Shown here piece by piece: positions 1 through 9,475 of a DNA stretch of 64,000 nucleotides (the stretch's first letter is position 1; each line of letters starts with the position of its first letter). The notes under the pieces are model-generated. The model searched no databases. It saw only the letters and a list, made by a program, of their open reading frames with translations, and was not told the DNA's origin. The stretch lies in NCBI GenBank assembly GCA_011087645.1, contig JAALLF010000001.1, positions 208,046-272,045 on the forward strand. Reading direction: 5' to 3'. Source of the stretch: Alphaproteobacteria bacterium (GTDB lineage: Bacteria > Pseudomonadota > Alphaproteobacteria > UBA6615). The position numbers and the translations under genes were made by a program.

Positions 1-844
1 CTTTACCCATGCCGGCGACAGCCTGCATCTCAGCCAGTCGGCGATCAGCCGGCAGATCAGCTCCTTGGAAGAATCCCTCAACTGCCGGCTGTTCCACCGC
101 CACGCGCGCGGTCTGCTGCTGACCGAGCAGGGCGAGCTTTTGTACCGCACCGTGCACGAGGTCTTCGCCAAACTGACCATGGCCGAAGCTAAACTCAACG
201 ATGCCCAAGATCGGCCCCAGGGACCGCTCATCATCACCACGACCGTTGGACTGGGATCCCTCTGGCTCACACCGCGCATCCGCGAGTTCATCGACCTCTA
301 TCCTGATATCGAAGTCACCTTGATCACCTCGGACGAAGAATTGGACATTTCGATGCGCGAGGCCGACTGCGCCATTCGCCTGACGCCGCCGACCCAGCCT
401 GACCTGATCCAGCGCCGCCTTACCCGGGTCAATACCCATGTTTTCGCCTCGTCGGACTATTTGCAGCAACACGGCATGCCCGACCGGGTGACCGATCTCG
501 GCGACCACAAGCTGATCGTCTACAGCGAAGTTGGTGCGCTGCCGGCGCCCAATCTAAATTGGCTGCTCATCGCCGCGCGCGAAGCCGTCGGCCGTGAACC
601 ACAGAAAATCCTCACCCTCAACAATCTGTACGGCATGGTCCGCGCGGTCGAGGCGGGCATTGGCGTCGCTGGGCTGCCGGATTTTCTGGCCCGTGAATCA
701 CGCAGCCTGGTGCGCATCTTGCCCGAGCTCGAGGGGCCGGGAAACGACGCCTATTTCGTCTATCCGGAAGAATTAAGGGCGTCGCAACGTATTGGCGTAT
801 TCCGTGATTTCCTGGTCGGCAAGATTTCCGAGACAAGGTTTTAG
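1..844 (+). CDS. LysR-family transcriptional regulator, 5' end outside window
   Basis: Frame from nt 2 translates ..AGDSLHLSQSAISRQISSLEE.. (LysR HTH). It runs continuously into ORF 65..844, which carries a LysR substrate-binding domain. Confidence 0.85.
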   Translation, partial: FTHAGDSLHLSQSAISRQISSLEESLNCRLFHRHARGLLLTEQGELLYRTVHEVFAKLTMAEAKLNDAQDRPQGPLIITTTVGLGSLWLTPRIREFIDLYPDIEVTLITSDEELDISMREADCAIRLTPPTQPDLIQRRLTRVNTHVFASSDYLQQHGMPDRVTDLGDHKLIVYSEVGALPAPNLNWLLIAAREAVGREPQKILTLNNLYGMVRAVEAGIGVAGLPDFLARESRSLVRILPELEGPGNDAYFVYPEELRASQRIGVFRDFLVGKISETRF

Positions 845-1084
845 GCGTTCGATACACTCAAGTATCTGATATAAAAGACATAATTAAGATATTCGAAAAA
901 CGCATGGCTGGTTAACGTTTTCCGAACATGGAAAAATTGGCCCGAGGCTCTATTTAAATTGGAGCACGATGCTTCAAACCATCGTCCGCGCAACCCCGCG
1001 CCACCCTCCCGGCGCCTGCGCGAAGGGGTGCACATACAAGCAGCCCTTACGTCTCCCAAGACGTGAAGCCTCCCTGTTTAACTT

Positions 1085-1120
1085 GGCCGGACCCCTTACG
1101 GGGCCCGGCCTTGTTTTTCT
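1085..1120 (+). terminator. Rho-independent terminator-like hairpin, GGCCGGACCCC-TTAC-GGGGCCCGGCC followed by TTGTTTTTCT
   Basis: GC-rich perfect stem and T-rich tail read directly from the sequence. It lies about 240 nt downstream of the LysR stop, in an otherwise AT-rich spacer. Confidence 0.5.
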
Positions 1121-1162
1121 ATAACGTGATAATGGACCGGCGCGCGCAGCACGCCTGACGGG

Positions 1163-2143
1163 TTAGCGCCAGAGTGGCTCTCTGCCCAATTCGTCGTACA
1201 TATGGGAGACGAACTCGGTATAGCCGTTAAACAGCTGGGTCGGGACCCGGTCGCGCTGGCTGCCGCCAAGCAACCATTCGGTCGCCTGGCTCCACCGCGG
1301 ATGATTGACCTCCGGGTTCACGTTCGCCCAGAAGCCATATTCCTTTTCCGCCAACGCTTCCCAGAAGGTCTTGGGGCGCTGATCGGTGAAGGTGAAGCTG
1401 ATGATCGACTTGATCGATTTAAAGCCGTATTTCCAAGGCACCGCCAAGCGCAGCGGCGCGCCGTTTTGCGGCGGCACTGGCTTGCCATAGATACCGGTTA
1501 CCATGAAAGCCAGCTCGTTGGTGGCCTCTTCGATGGTCAGGGCCTCCGTATAGGGCCACGGGTACCAGAATTGACGCAAGCCGGGCATTTCCGACTTATT
1601 GCCCGAGATGGTTTTCATCACGACGTATTTGGCGCCAGCCTTGGGCTGCGCCAGATCGACCAGCTGCTTCATCGGGAAACCAGACCATGGCACCGCCATC
1701 GCCCAGGCCTCGACACATCGGTGGCGGTAGAGGCGCTCTTCCAGATCGACCTTTTTCAACAGATCGTCGATGCCGATTTCAAACTCTTTTTCAACCATGC
1801 CGTCGATCGAAATCATCCACGGCCGGATCGACAGCCGCTGCGCGCTGCGCGAAATCTGCTTGTGGGAGCCGAACTCGTAGAAATTGTTGTAGCTGATGGC
1901 GTTCTGCTCGGGCGTGATCTCGCGGTCGAGTTTGTATTTCGGATTGCGCGCGACCGGATATAGATCAACCGTGGGATCACCCGCCGCCTGAGCCTGTCCC
2001 GCCATTAGCAGGGGCGCCGCACCAGCAGCGAGAATGGGTCCCGCGGCGAGCGTCTTGGCAATCTGCCGCCGGTTCATGAATACGTCTTCGGGCGTCGCCA
2101 TATGCTCTGGCAACTCCCAACCGCGTTTGACTTTGACGAGCAT
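1163..2143 (-). CDS. msrP: Protein-methionine-sulfoxide reductase catalytic subunit MsrP (YedY), Mo-pterin oxidoreductase with Tat signal
   Basis: Close full-length similarity to E. coli MsrP/YedY, with the Tat motif MNRRQIAK and the conserved ERLYRHRCVEAWAM and LRLAVPWKYGFKSIKSI motifs. Confidence 0.9.
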   Translation of the reverse strand: MLVKVKRGWELPEHMATPEDVFMNRRQIAKTLAAGPILAAGAAPLLMAGQAQAAGDPTVDLYPVARNPKYKLDREITPEQNAISYNNFYEFGSHKQISRSAQRLSIRPWMISIDGMVEKEFEIGIDDLLKKVDLEERLYRHRCVEAWAMAVPWSGFPMKQLVDLAQPKAGAKYVVMKTISGNKSEMPGLRQFWYPWPYTEALTIEEATNELAFMVTGIYGKPVPPQNGAPLRLAVPWKYGFKSIKSIISFTFTDQRPKTFWEALAEKEYGFWANVNPEVNHPRWSQATEWLLGGSQRDRVPTQLFNGYTEFVSHMYDELGREPLWR

Positions 2144-2272
2144 CGTTCCTCCACACGTCTAGGGCGTAATAGGTCCCTTTTACGATGGGGGTATCCGAAA
2201 TGAAACGCAAGTCACACGAAGTTCAATGTTTCGTCATGGAATAAACCGCTTTTTACGGTGTTAACCCCCGGT

Positions 2273-3490
2273 TTAGGCAGATTGGGGCGATACCAGATGT
2301 TCCATCGGCTGGTCGCGGATCGGCCAATGGAGCAGGGCGGCGAGCAGGCCAAGCGCGATCGAGGCGTACCACATAGAGGTGTAGTTGCCGAAAGTGTCGA
2401 AGGCGACACCGCCCAGCCAAGCGCCGAAAAAAGCCCCGATTTGGTGGCTAAAGAAGACAAACCCGAACAACATACCTAAATGCTTTGCGCCGAAAATGCG
2501 CGCCACAACGCCGCTGGTCAGCGGCACCGTCGACAGCCACAGCAGGCCAAACACGGCGGAAAACGCATAAATCGTCCATTCGGTGGTCGGCAGGATCATC
2601 AGCGCGGCGATTAACAAGGCGCGGCCTAAATAGATAAAACTTAAGACGTTTTTTTGACGATATTTCTTACTCGACTCGCCGGCGAGGTAGGTTCCGATAA
2701 TATTGCCGACACCGATCACCGTCAGCGCCACCGCGCCAACCCCGGCATCCAAACCCTGCAGGTTGATATATCCGGGGAAATGGGTGCCGATGAAGGTCAC
2801 GTGAAAACCGCAAACGAAAAAACCGCTAACCAACAGGATGTACCCGGAATTCTTGCGCGCCGCGTTGATCACCTCGCGCAGATTGAGATCGGGTTCACCG
2901 GTCTCGATCGCCTCGGAATGATCAAACAGCCGCGTCAGCAGTATGAGCAACAGTACGATGATCGCGGTCGCGGTCAGCGAGAACGCCCATCCGGCAACGC
3001 CGATCACTGCCTGGCTGATCAACGGAAAAGTCATCGGCCCCAAGGCACCGATGGTGCTCACCAAGGCGACCGCATAGGTTCGGTTTTCCGGCGCCACCGC
3101 CCGCGACACCGCGCCGTAGACAACGGCGATACCGGCGCCGGCCATGCCCAAGCCAATCAACACGCCGCCGGTGATCAACAATCCGGCGGGCGTCACCACG
3201 CTCGCCATGCCAATCACCCCCAACGCGTAGAAGACCGCCCCGCCAGCGATCACCTTGCCCGACCCAAAGCGATCGGCGAGGCCGCCGACAAAGGGTTGCG
3301 CCGCCCCCCACACCAAGTTCTGCACCGCCATGGCAAGGCCGAACAGGCCGCGGCTCCAATCCAGATCCAGCGTCATCGGTACCAAGTAAATACCGAAGGT
3401 CTGGCGTACGCCCAGCGACACCCCCAGAACCACGGCGGCAGCAGCGATAACAAGAATTTGCGGTCGCGATAGGGCGCGGCTCATAACCAT
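2273..3490 (-). CDS. MFS transporter
   Basis: 405-aa ORF with about 12 predicted hydrophobic helices and an MFS-type loop, GGLADRFGSGKV. Confidence 0.85.
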   Translation of the reverse strand: MVMSRALSRPQILVIAAAAVVLGVSLGVRQTFGIYLVPMTLDLDWSRGLFGLAMAVQNLVWGAAQPFVGGLADRFGSGKVIAGGAVFYALGVIGMASVVTPAGLLITGGVLIGLGMAGAGIAVVYGAVSRAVAPENRTYAVALVSTIGALGPMTFPLISQAVIGVAGWAFSLTATAIIVLLLILLTRLFDHSEAIETGEPDLNLREVINAARKNSGYILLVSGFFVCGFHVTFIGTHFPGYINLQGLDAGVGAVALTVIGVGNIIGTYLAGESSKKYRQKNVLSFIYLGRALLIAALMILPTTEWTIYAFSAVFGLLWLSTVPLTSGVVARIFGAKHLGMLFGFVFFSHQIGAFFGAWLGGVAFDTFGNYTSMWYASIALGLLAALLHWPIRDQPMEHLVSPQSA

Positions 3491-3553
3491 TTCCAGTATG
3501 TGATAATGTCTGTCCTAGGTGGACTGTAACCGATGGGCTGTCAATATATCGGT

Positions 3554-4108
3554 CTAGAGCGAATTACGACCCAGATCGCGGCGCAATCTCTCAATAATGC
3601 CGCGAGTGCCCGGCAGATGCGGATGCACCTGTAGCGCCGCTTCAAACGCGTCCAACGCAGCCTCCGGCTGGCCGCGCTGCAGCTCGATTTGTCCCAGACC
3701 ACTCAGAGCGCCGAAATGGCGCGGCTCGAGCTTTAGAGTGACGTCAACATCGGCGATCGAGTCGGCCAGATTGCCGAGCAGGAAATGCACCGTGGCCCGC
3801 TTGTTCCAGGCCTCGGCGTAATTGGGGGCGATATCGACCAAATCGTCGAATACCTTCAGGGCCTCGTCCAGACGCCGGCGCTCCATCAACTCAACGCCAT
3901 GCTGCATCAGCGCGAAGTAATCCTGATCGTCATTATTGGTCCAGCGTTGCCAAATTTCGCCATGGGCATTGGACAACGCGCTGGGATCGTCGCTGGTCTG
4001 CAAGACCGCAAACAGCTTGTCCAGGTCGGGGTCCTTCTGATCGGCGCCGGCCGCTAGCGGCCACACCAGACCAAAGGCAATCATGGATCCAACGATAAGG
4101 CGTCGCAT
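3554..4108 (-). CDS. Secreted tetratricopeptide-repeat protein
   Basis: Signal peptide MRRLIVGSMIAFGLVWPLAAGA followed by TPR-like repeats (AEAWNKRATVHFLLGNLADS..). Start taken at ATG 4108 rather than the longer ORF. Confidence 0.6.
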   Translation of the reverse strand: MRRLIVGSMIAFGLVWPLAAGADQKDPDLDKLFAVLQTSDDPSALSNAHGEIWQRWTNNDDQDYFALMQHGVELMERRRLDEALKVFDDLVDIAPNYAEAWNKRATVHFLLGNLADSIADVDVTLKLEPRHFGALSGLGQIELQRGQPEAALDAFEAALQVHPHLPGTRGIIERLRRDLGRNSL

Positions 4109-4184
4109 GGTTGTAATTATCGTCCCATTTCCATGCGTCGCCAAGGGCCCGGCCGCGCTGGCCACGAAGATGTGAATCGCGGTG

Positions 4185-4988
4185 TTATTCGTGCCGGCCG
4201 ATAAAGTCGGCGATATCGGCGTTGAACCTGTCGACATGGACTATGAAGAAAAAGTGTCCACCATCCTCGTAGAGGTTTAGCTCGGCCCCGGGGATACGTT
4301 CCGCCATTTCCACCGAATTATAAGGCGGGGTGACCGCATCGTTCTTGGCGCAAACCACGATCACCGGCACGTCGATCGCGCCAAGCCGGTCGATCTGATC
4401 GTGCGCCATGATGGCATCGATACGCTCTGCCGCCACATCGGGCGGCGGGGCAGTGGCGATCATCATACGTTCGGTCTCGACCATGCGCTCGTAATTGTCG
4501 GTGAAGAATTTAGGATCATTGAGCGCTGGAGTGGTCATCAGGGTCAGCGCCTCGACACCCATTTCGGCAAGAACGCGCTTGCGCATCTCGAACTGGCGCA
4601 GGAAATAGGCATCCGATTTCGGCCAGGAACAGCAGATCGCCGCGCTCTGCACGCGGTCCGCATGATCGAGGCAGAGAATTTGGATAATCGCCCCACCGGT
4701 CGAGGTGCCAACCATATGGGCCTTAGCGATACCGGCATCGTCCATGATGGCGATAATGTCGGCAGCCATGTTGGCCACCGTGTAGACGCCCAGCGGCTTA
4801 GCGCTTTCACCGGTGCCACGATGATCGTGCAACACCACCGGCCGGTCGGCGGCGAAAACCGGCGACTGATTGATGAAGCTGCCACGGGTGCCACCCAATC
4901 CGGCGATGAAAAAGATCGGCACCTTGTCGCTGTTCGGGTTCAGGATCTCGTAGGAAATTTCGACGCCGCCGGAATCGACTGTCGCCAT
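4185..4988 (-). CDS. Alpha/beta-fold hydrolase
   Basis: HDHRGTGES and GTSTGG nucleophile-elbow motifs. GGAGG RBS precedes ATG at 4988. Confidence 0.75.
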   Translation of the reverse strand: MATVDSGGVEISYEILNPNSDKVPIFFIAGLGGTRGSFINQSPVFAADRPVVLHDHRGTGESAKPLGVYTVANMAADIIAIMDDAGIAKAHMVGTSTGGAIIQILCLDHADRVQSAAICCSWPKSDAYFLRQFEMRKRVLAEMGVEALTLMTTPALNDPKFFTDNYERMVETERMMIATAPPPDVAAERIDAIMAHDQIDRLGAIDVPVIVVCAKNDAVTPPYNSVEMAERIPGAELNLYEDGGHFFFIVHVDRFNADIADFIGRHE

Positions 4989-5177
4989 GGTGCTGCCTCC
5001 CTGGGTGTTTAGCATCATGTTCGCCGTCGCGACGGCGTAGGTCAACGTGACGAAACGAAGACCCGTTCCAACCACGACCGACGGCGTGAGGGTTGCCAAG
5101 CCAGCACGGTTTCGGCACGGTCTCCGCAACAATCGTTCCACTGGGGTATCCCGCCCCATTAGGAGAGGCAGTGCAAC

Positions 5178-5945
5178 ATGGTCGATTTGGTCAATGAACT
5201 CGCCGGCAAGGTGGCGATTGTCACCGGCAGTGCCCGTAATATCGGCCGCGCAACGGCGCTAGAGCTGGCGCGAGCTGGGGCAGCGCTGGTCATCAACGCG
5301 CGCGTCTCTGGCGATCTGTGCGAGGAAGTGGCGCGGGAAATCACCGATGCCGGTGGCAGGGCGCTGCCGTTCGTCGCCGATATCACCGACGCGGCCGCCG
5401 TCGGGCGCATGGTCGAGGCGGCCCGGGCCGAATTCGGCGGCATCGATATTCTGGTTAATAACGCGGCGTTTCGCTCGCGCGTGCCGTTTGTCGATCTCGA
5501 CGACGAGACCTGGCACCACACGCTCGGCGCCGGGTTTCAGGGCGCCTATCTCATGTGCAAGGCCTGCGTACCGGACATGATCGAGCGCGGCGGCGGCGCG
5601 ATTATCAGTGTTGGCGGGGTGGGGTCCTATGCCGGCCAGACCAAGCGCACCCACGCGATGGCGGCGAAGGCGGGCCTCGGGTCTCTGACGCGCGGCCTGG
5701 CGATCGATCTCGGCCAGCACAATATCCGCGCCAACAATGTCATCGTCGGTCATTACGATACCGAGATCGCCGGCAGCGGTTCGGCCAAGACGTCGAATGT
5801 CGAGGATTTATCGTCAATCCCGCTGGGGCGTCTCGGCACGCCGCAGGACATGGCCGATCTGATCCGTTTTCTGGTCGGCCCGGGCGGCAGCTATATCACC
5901 GCCCAGACCATCCACAGCAACGGCGGCTCGTTGAGCCCGTTGTAA
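5178..5945 (+). CDS. SDR-family NAD(P)-dependent oxidoreductase
   Basis: TGSARNIGRA dinucleotide motif, NNAA motif, and YxxxK-type active-site region. Confidence 0.85.
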   Translation: MVDLVNELAGKVAIVTGSARNIGRATALELARAGAALVINARVSGDLCEEVAREITDAGGRALPFVADITDAAAVGRMVEAARAEFGGIDILVNNAAFRSRVPFVDLDDETWHHTLGAGFQGAYLMCKACVPDMIERGGGAIISVGGVGSYAGQTKRTHAMAAKAGLGSLTRGLAIDLGQHNIRANNVIVGHYDTEIAGSGSAKTSNVEDLSSIPLGRLGTPQDMADLIRFLVGPGGSYITAQTIHSNGGSLSPL

Positions 5946-6060
5946 AGAAAACGCGACACGGCACGCGAATTATTATCGGCACCTGCATATGTGCGCTGCA
6001 ATCGATGACGTTCGCCCATTCCAGCGGTAAGATGCGCCAACGCATCAGAGAGAGGCTGCC

Positions 6061-6390
6061 ATGTCGACAAAATTAATAGACAAAACTGCATCGCAGGCGG
6101 CGGAACGCGGGATCGGCAAATTCGACTTGCTGCACGAGGACGAAAAAACGCGGATCACCCATTGGGTTATCAAGCCCGGCGAGCAAACCGGCTGGCATCT
6201 GCATGATTATGATTACGTCACGATACAGCAATCTACCGGTCGTCTGTTCCTCGAACATGCCGATGGATCGACACGGCAAGTGGACTACACGCCCGGTGTC
6301 GCGCGCGCGGTATCCGCGCCGGTCGAGCATAACGCCATCAATGTCGGCGACGTCGATATCGTCGTCTTAGAGGTCGAATATAAGAAATAG
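6061..6390 (+). CDS. Cupin-domain protein
   Basis: 109 aa with cupin-type GWHLHDYDY ... VEHNAINVGD motifs. Confidence 0.7.
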   Translation: MSTKLIDKTASQAAERGIGKFDLLHEDEKTRITHWVIKPGEQTGWHLHDYDYVTIQQSTGRLFLEHADGSTRQVDYTPGVARAVSAPVEHNAINVGDVDIVVLEVEYKK

Positions 6391-6408
6391 CGGCCGAGCC
6401 CCCAGCAC

Positions 6409-7119
6409 TCAGGTTTGGAGCTGCGCGGCTAAGTCGACAAAATCCGTCGCCACCACATCATAATCCCTTTCAGCGGACTGATCGGTTGACTGACCGGAGC
6501 CATATTCGGTCGGCCGAACAACGAACGCAGTGCGCAGGCCAACACCGCTGGCCGCTATCAGATCGCCGTTATGGGCCGCCACCATCATGACCTCACCCGG
6601 CGCCAGATCCAGAATGTCGGCGGCGTTCCGATAAACATCGGGCGCCGGCTTATAATTGCCGGCGATCTCGGCCCCCAGGATTGTGTCCCACGGCAGACCG
6701 GCGCGCTTTGCCATGTCGACCATCAGCGACACATTGCCATTGGATAGGGTCACCAGAATATATTTGGTCTTCAGACGCGTGAGGCCGGAGACAACGTCGG
6801 GCCAGGGATCGAGGCGATGCCACATACGATTAAAATCATCGAGCGCAGCCTCGGATAGGCCGCCAACTCCAAAGTCGTTCAAAACTTTTTCCAAGTTCAC
6901 CCGATGCAGGATGTCGAGCTTCACAAAGCCAATTTCGCCGGACCGGACCCGCTCCATCGAGGGCTGGTATTCCGCCCGCCAGGCATCGGCGAATGCCGCC
7001 CAATCGAGCTCGAAACCGTGCGCCGCGCTAAACGCCGGCCCCATCTTAATAATCGAGCCGCGCCAGTCGACCACCGTGCCGAACACGTCAAAGGCCAGCG
7101 CTTTCACCCCGCTTGTCAT
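6409..7119 (-). CDS. HAD-superfamily hydrolase, haloacid dehalogenase type II-like
   Basis: N-terminal LAFDVFGTVVDW (HAD motif I with Asp nucleophile) and later GNYKP and HNGDL motifs. GAGGGGA RBS precedes ATG 7119. Confidence 0.8.
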   Translation of the reverse strand: MTSGVKALAFDVFGTVVDWRGSIIKMGPAFSAAHGFELDWAAFADAWRAEYQPSMERVRSGEIGFVKLDILHRVNLEKVLNDFGVGGLSEAALDDFNRMWHRLDPWPDVVSGLTRLKTKYILVTLSNGNVSLMVDMAKRAGLPWDTILGAEIAGNYKPAPDVYRNAADILDLAPGEVMMVAAHNGDLIAASGVGLRTAFVVRPTEYGSGQSTDQSAERDYDVVATDFVDLAAQLQT

Positions 7120-7163
7120 CGGATTTCCCCTCGTTCCGAACTCCCCTACGAACCGGCACGACT

Positions 7164-7892
7164 TCAAAATGTTTCGGCGAAGAAGTCGCGCATCATCCGG
7201 TAGGACTGTTGGCACAGTTTCTCGTCATAGACCTGCACCGGCGGATTATTCGCGCCTTTGACACAAAACGAATGCATCGCGTGGCCGAACATCATGAATT
7301 GCCAATCGACCCCCGCGCCGGTCAGCTCGTCCTCAAGCGAGTCCATCATCGACTTCGGGGTCACCGGGTCCGCCGACCCATGAAGCGCCAGGACGCGTCC
7401 ATTGAAATTGGCCTCTGAGCCCGGATCGACCGGGTTGGGCGCGGTGACATGAAACACCACCGTGCCCTTGAAGTCGCTCCCGGCGCGCGCTTGTTCCAGC
7501 GCGAAGCCGCCGCCCATGCAAAAACCGATCGCCCCCGTTTTATCGGTGTCGATTAAACCGCGCTCGGCGGCCCCGGCGGTCAGCACCTCATAGGCCTTGG
7601 CGCCACAGCCGAGGATGAGTTTAAGATCGCGGCGAACCCCTTGCGCACTCGCCAATAGCTCATCATCGCTTTTTTCCCGTTCACCGTATCCCACGCCGTA
7701 CATATCGGCGACCATCACCACGTAATCGCTGCCGGCGACCTCCGTTGCCATATCGAGGGAATGGCGACACACGCCAAACCAGTCGGGCTGCATGAACACG
7801 GCCGGACGTTTGCCCGCAACGCTATCGTCATAGACCAGCGCTCCTTCAAACTGGCGCCCGTCATATTCGTAAGGAATTTTTATCTCAGCCAT
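7164..7892 (-). CDS. Dienelactone hydrolase-family protein
   Basis: DLH fold with nucleophile motif GFCMGG and a C-terminal His region. Confidence 0.8.
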   Translation of the reverse strand: MAEIKIPYEYDGRQFEGALVYDDSVAGKRPAVFMQPDWFGVCRHSLDMATEVAGSDYVVMVADMYGVGYGEREKSDDELLASAQGVRRDLKLILGCGAKAYEVLTAGAAERGLIDTDKTGAIGFCMGGGFALEQARAGSDFKGTVVFHVTAPNPVDPGSEANFNGRVLALHGSADPVTPKSMMDSLEDELTGAGVDWQFMMFGHAMHSFCVKGANNPPVQVYDEKLCQQSYRMMRDFFAETF

Positions 7893-8023
7893 ATCCTGTG
7901 CCTCCCCCCTTCGATGGATTTTTCGCGTTTGGGAAAGCCTATCGCGATCGGCTACGCAGAGAAAGGTTCGCGCGGTAAGGGTGTGAGGATTGGCGGCGTC
8001 AGGGTCATCGGCTATATCAGCTC

Positions 8024-8152
8024 ATGCAGAATTTCGACGTCATTATCATCGGCGCCGGCGCGGCGGGCGCGCCAATTTCACCAATCTGTAGGCCACGCCT
8101 GTGGGCAAGTGGTGTAGGCGCCTTTCCTACTTCCCCGTCAAACCGTAGATGA
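8024..8152 (+). pseudogene. Remnant of a FAD-dependent oxidoreductase gene; only the N-terminal Rossmann motif is intact
   Basis: ATG at 8024 encodes MQNFDVIIIGAGAAGAP (classic GxGxxG FAD-binding start). It then degenerates and stops after 43 codons at the 3' end of the convergent PQQ gene. Confidence 0.35.
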
Positions 8153-9266
8153 AGCCGGTATGGGCGCCGAAATAGACGCCGATCTCGGTGACGGTCGGCG
8201 AGGTCCATACATTATCGCCGATCGGCACCACCGCGCGTGGCGCGCCGGTGGCCCGGTCGAGAGCATAGAAGTTACCGTCGCTGGAGCCGATATAGATGCG
8301 GTTCTTCACCACCGCCGGCGAGCCGAACACCGCGCCGCGCAAGCTGGTCTGCCAGACCTGTTCGCCGTTGCTGGTGTCAATGGCATACAAAAATCCGGTG
8401 TGCGAGCCCACATAGACGATGCCGTCGCTGACCGTGGGCGAGGAGAAAATCTCGCGGCCGGCGAGAAACCGCCAACGCAATTCGCCGTCATCCGCGGCGA
8501 AGGCATAAAGGTGGCCATCGTCGGAACCCACATAGACTTCGCCGTTCGCCACCGCTGGCGATGAGAAGACAGGCCCGCCGGTGCGCTGCGACCAGCGCCG
8601 CGCGCCGGTCGCCGTATCCAGCGCGTAGAGCCTGCCATCGATGGAACCGATGAAGACCAGCCCGCCGCTGACTACCGGAGAAGAGAGGATCCCCGCGCCG
8701 GTCGCGAATTTCCACTTTTCCGCACCGGTCTTGGCGTCGAGCGCGTAGACATTGTTGTCGAAGGCGCCGAAATAGACCGTGCCATCGACCACGGCGGGCG
8801 AGGATTGCTCGCCGCCGGGACCCAGTTCGACTGCCCAGCGCTGGGTGCCGGTCTTGGCGTCGACCGCGTAGAAACGGTTATCGTCAGCGCCGAAATAGAC
8901 CAAGCCATCGACCACCGCCGGCGACGCGCGCAATAGCCCGCCAACCCGGAACCGCCACAGTTCGCGCCCGCTCTTGGCGTCGATCGCGAACAGCGCCCGG
9001 TTAAACGTGCCTTGGTAGAGCACCCCATCGGCGATGGCCGGCGACGATTCGACGGTGCCGCCGGTATTGAAGCGCCACAGAAACCGCGTTTCTTCGTTTA
9101 ACTCGACCGGGTCCGCCGTGGCCGCCACGCCGGTGTTCGAGACGTTGCCGCGAAACATCGGCCAGTCGGCCGCGGCCGCCGAGGCGCTGGCGAACAGCCC
9201 GGCGCCCAGCGCGATCACCAGCGGATGCATATAGCTGTAAAACGCTCGCATGACCCAATCATCCAA
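8127..9266 (-). CDS. Secreted PQQ-like beta-propeller repeat protein
   Basis: Signal peptide followed by about 8 repeats of the form G.VY.GS.DG.LYA.DA.TG...W. Confidence 0.75.
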   Translation of the reverse strand: MDDWVMRAFYSYMHPLVIALGAGLFASASAAAADWPMFRGNVSNTGVAATADPVELNEETRFLWRFNTGGTVESSPAIADGVLYQGTFNRALFAIDAKSGRELWRFRVGGLLRASPAVVDGLVYFGADDNRFYAVDAKTGTQRWAVELGPGGEQSSPAVVDGTVYFGAFDNNVYALDAKTGAEKWKFATGAGILSSPVVSGGLVFIGSIDGRLYALDTATGARRWSQRTGGPVFSSPAVANGEVYVGSDDGHLYAFAADDGELRWRFLAGREIFSSPTVSDGIVYVGSHTGFLYAIDTSNGEQVWQTSLRGAVFGSPAVVKNRIYIGSSDGNFYALDRATGAPRAVVPIGDNVWTSPTVTEIGVYFGAHTGFIYGLTGK

Positions 9267-9305
9267 TCTCGGCCGGATGCAGGCCAGTCACACTTGTGTG
9301 TAATT

Positions 9306-9475
9306 ACCCTCTCGCAGCGGGAGAGGGTGGTGAGCGATAGCGAGCCGGGGGAGGGGAAAACAAAACCCTATACCAAGCTTGTCGAAGCATGAGGCCGGCA
9401 GCACCTCGACCCTTCGACAAGCGCAGGACGAGGTGCAGGACGAGGTATTGCAGGTAGATTATGCCCCCTCACCCC
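9306..9475. repeat. Mosaic intergenic repeat element, copy 1 (CCCTCTC-GCAGC-GGGAGAGGG palindrome with CTTCGACAAGC/GACGAGG modules)
   Basis: Shares modules with the copies at 12018, 19679, 20965, 35505 and 41668. Overlaps the glcF stop codon. Confidence 0.6.

Noticed and set aside
1202-1963. 253-aa ORF on the + strand inside msrP
   Set aside because: Fully antisense to a strongly supported gene. Its amino-acid composition (Arg/Ala/Gly-rich) is typical of GC-rich shadow frames.
2654-3472. 272-aa ORF antisense to the MFS transporter
   Set aside because: Shadow ORF in high-GC DNA with a low-complexity Arg/His/Gln-rich translation and no recognisable domain.
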